DNA from: Eledone cirrhosa
Taxonomy: Eukaryota
Direction of reading: 5' to 3'
Length of the DNA stretch: 64,000 bases
Assembly (NCBI GenBank): GCA_964016885.1
Contig: OZ024741.1
Span: forward strand, 7,812,001-7,876,000
The position numbers were made by a program, and so were the translations under genes. The notes beneath the pieces are model-generated. The model was given only the letters and a program-made list of their open reading frames with translations. It was not told the DNA's origin and ran no database searches. How positions within the stretch are numbered: the stretch's first letter is position 1; every line of letters starts with the position of its first letter. Below are positions 62,701 to 64,000 of this stretch, piece after piece.

Positions 62701-64000
62701 AGTGTTAGCCTAGACAGTGGTAAAGTTCCAGTATTACCCTAGACAGTTTTAAAGTTCCAGTGTTACCCTACACAGTTGTAAAGTTCCAGTGTTGCCCTAG
62801 ACAGTGGTAAAGTTCCAGTGTTACCCTAGCCAGTGGTAAAGTTCCAGTGTTACCCTAGACAGTTGTAAAGTTCCATTGTTACCCTAGACAGTGGTAAAGT
62901 TCCAGTGTTAGCCTAGACAGCTCTAAAGTTCCACTGTTACCATAGACAGTTCTAAAGTTCCAGTGTTACCCTAGACAGTGGTAAAGTTCCAGTGTTACCG
63001 TAGATAGTTGTAAATTTCCAGTGTTGCCCTAGACAGTGGTAAAGTTCCAGTGTTACCCTAGACCGTTGTATATATCCAGTGTTACCCTTGACAGTGGTAA
63101 ATTTCCAGTGTTACCCTAGACAGTTGTAAAGTTCTAGTGTTACCCTAGACAGTTGTAAAGTTCCAGTGTTACCCTAGACAGTGGTAAAGTTCCAGTGTTA
63201 CACTAGACAGTGGTAAAGTTCCAGTGTTACCCTAGATAGTGGTAAAGTTCCAGAGTTACCCTAGAAAGTGGTAATGTTCCAGTGTTACCCTAGACAGTTC
63301 TAGAGTTCCAGTGTAACCCTAGAGAGTTGTAAAGTTCCAGTGTTACCCTAGCCAGTGGTAAAGTTCCAGTGTTAACCTAGACAGTTGTAAAGTTCCAGTG
63401 CTACCCTAGGCAGTCGTAAAGTTCCGGTGTTAACCTAGACAGTTGTAAAGTTCCAGTGTTACCCTAGACAGTCGTAAATTTCCAGGTTTACCCTAGACGA
63501 TGGTAAAGTTACAGTGTTACCCTAGACAGTGGTAAAGTTCCAGTGTTACCCTAGACAGATGTAAAGTTCCTGTGTTGCCATAGACAGTGGTAAAGTTCCA
63601 GTGTTACCCTAGACAGTTGTAAAGTTCCAGTGTTACCCTAGACAGTGGTAAAGTTCCAGTGTTACCCTAGACTAGACAGTTGTAAAGCTCCAGTGTTACC
63701 CTAGACTAGACAGTTGTAAAACTCCAGTGTTACCCTAGACTATACAGTTGTAAAGCACCAGTGTTACCCTAGACAGTGGTAAAGTTCCAGTGTTACCCTA
63801 GACAGTGGTAAAGTTCCAGTGTTTCCCTAGACAGTGGTAAAGTTCCTGTGTTACTCTAGACAGTTGTAAAGTTCCAGTGTTTTCCTAGACAGTGGTAAAG
63901 CTCCAGTGTTACTCTAGACAGTGCAGTGGTAAAGTTCCAGTGTTACCCTAGTCAGTTGTAAAGTTCCAGTGTTACCCTAGACAGTGGTAAACTTCCAGTG
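59742..64000. repeat. Array domain 3: more heterogeneous monomers with no long exact duplication visible in the window
   Basis: Higher density of scattered variants and small indels by eye (CTAGAACGTGG, TCTAGAGTTCC, CCCTACCAGCTCT, GTATATATCC). Only short diverged internal repeats, e.g. CCTAGAACGT at 59871/60305 and again at ~61840. Confidence 0.65.

Larger units (their letters stand above)
1..64000. repeat. 29-bp tandem satellite/minisatellite array, consensus GACAGT[G/T]GTAAAGTTCCAGTGTT[A/T]CCCTA, ~2,200 copies, truncated by both window edges
   Basis: Seen directly: the monomer repeats head-to-tail with 29-bp period on every line, with no unique intervening sequence. Copy number is estimated as 64000/29, slightly fewer because of 34-bp variants. 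Most monomers differ from consensus at only a few positions. Confidence 0.99.

Noticed and set aside
1-64000. CRISPR array (29-bp repeat with weak dyad symmetry)
   Set aside because: Repeats abut directly with no unique spacers, and there is no leader or cas gene in the window.
1-64000. Repetitive protein-coding ORF on either strand
   Set aside because: The consensus monomer has TAA and TAG on both strands. Because 29 is not a multiple of 3, all six frames hit stops within about three monomers, and ATG occurs only in rare variants.
1-64000. Telomerase-synthesised long telomeric repeat (yeast-like 20-30 bp unit)
   Set aside because: Multi-kb blocks of shared private variants indicate recombination or duplication-based propagation rather than templated addition. 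There is also no G/C strand asymmetry (7 G vs 6 C per monomer).
1-64000. G-quadruplex potential from GGG on the minus strand
   Set aside because: There is only one GGG tract per 29 bp (26-nt spacing), far from a canonical G4 pattern.
1-64000. Nucleosome-length periodicity (5x29 = 145 bp, 6x29 = 174 bp)
   Set aside because: Arithmetic coincidence: I saw no consistent 5- or 6-monomer period in the variants.
1-64000. Synthetic sequence, rolling-circle product or sequencing-error concatemer
   Set aside because: Variants recur in a nested, position-dependent hierarchy of differing divergence, as expected for an evolved array rather than random errors. Individual duplications could still be assembly artefacts.
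1-64000. Promoters, terminators, replication iterons, tRNA/rRNA or transposon ends
   Set aside because: No non-repeat context or diagnostic structure exists; any short motif match would be a by-product of the monomer.

Overview
The whole 64 kb window is one uninterrupted head-to-tail tandem array (satellite/minisatellite-type DNA) of a 29-bp monomer, consensus GACAGT[G/T]GTAAAGTTCCAGTGTT[A/T]CCCTA (about 45% GC, no CpG). It holds roughly 2,200 copies, all in the same orientation as far as I can read, and runs off both window ends. I see no CDS, RNA gene, transposon or CRISPR spacers, and no evidence of a protein-coding system. The information lies in how monomer variants are arranged. (1) About 1-40,150 is a domain with an irregular ~3-4.5 kb higher-order period plus several recent tandem duplications (812, ~3.55 kb, 3,211 and ~1.8 kb). 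(2) About 40,150-59,740 has a different variant spectrum and contains a near-identical ~8.9 kb tandem duplication. (3) About 59,740-64,000 is a more heterogeneous tail. The monomer looks like a diverged dimer of a 14/15-bp unit, contains a GGTAA/TTACC inverted repeat, and carries a telomere-like CCCTA(G/A) core. Organism and family cannot be identified from the sequence alone. All coordinates and offsets were read by eye, and block boundaries are uncertain by about one monomer.
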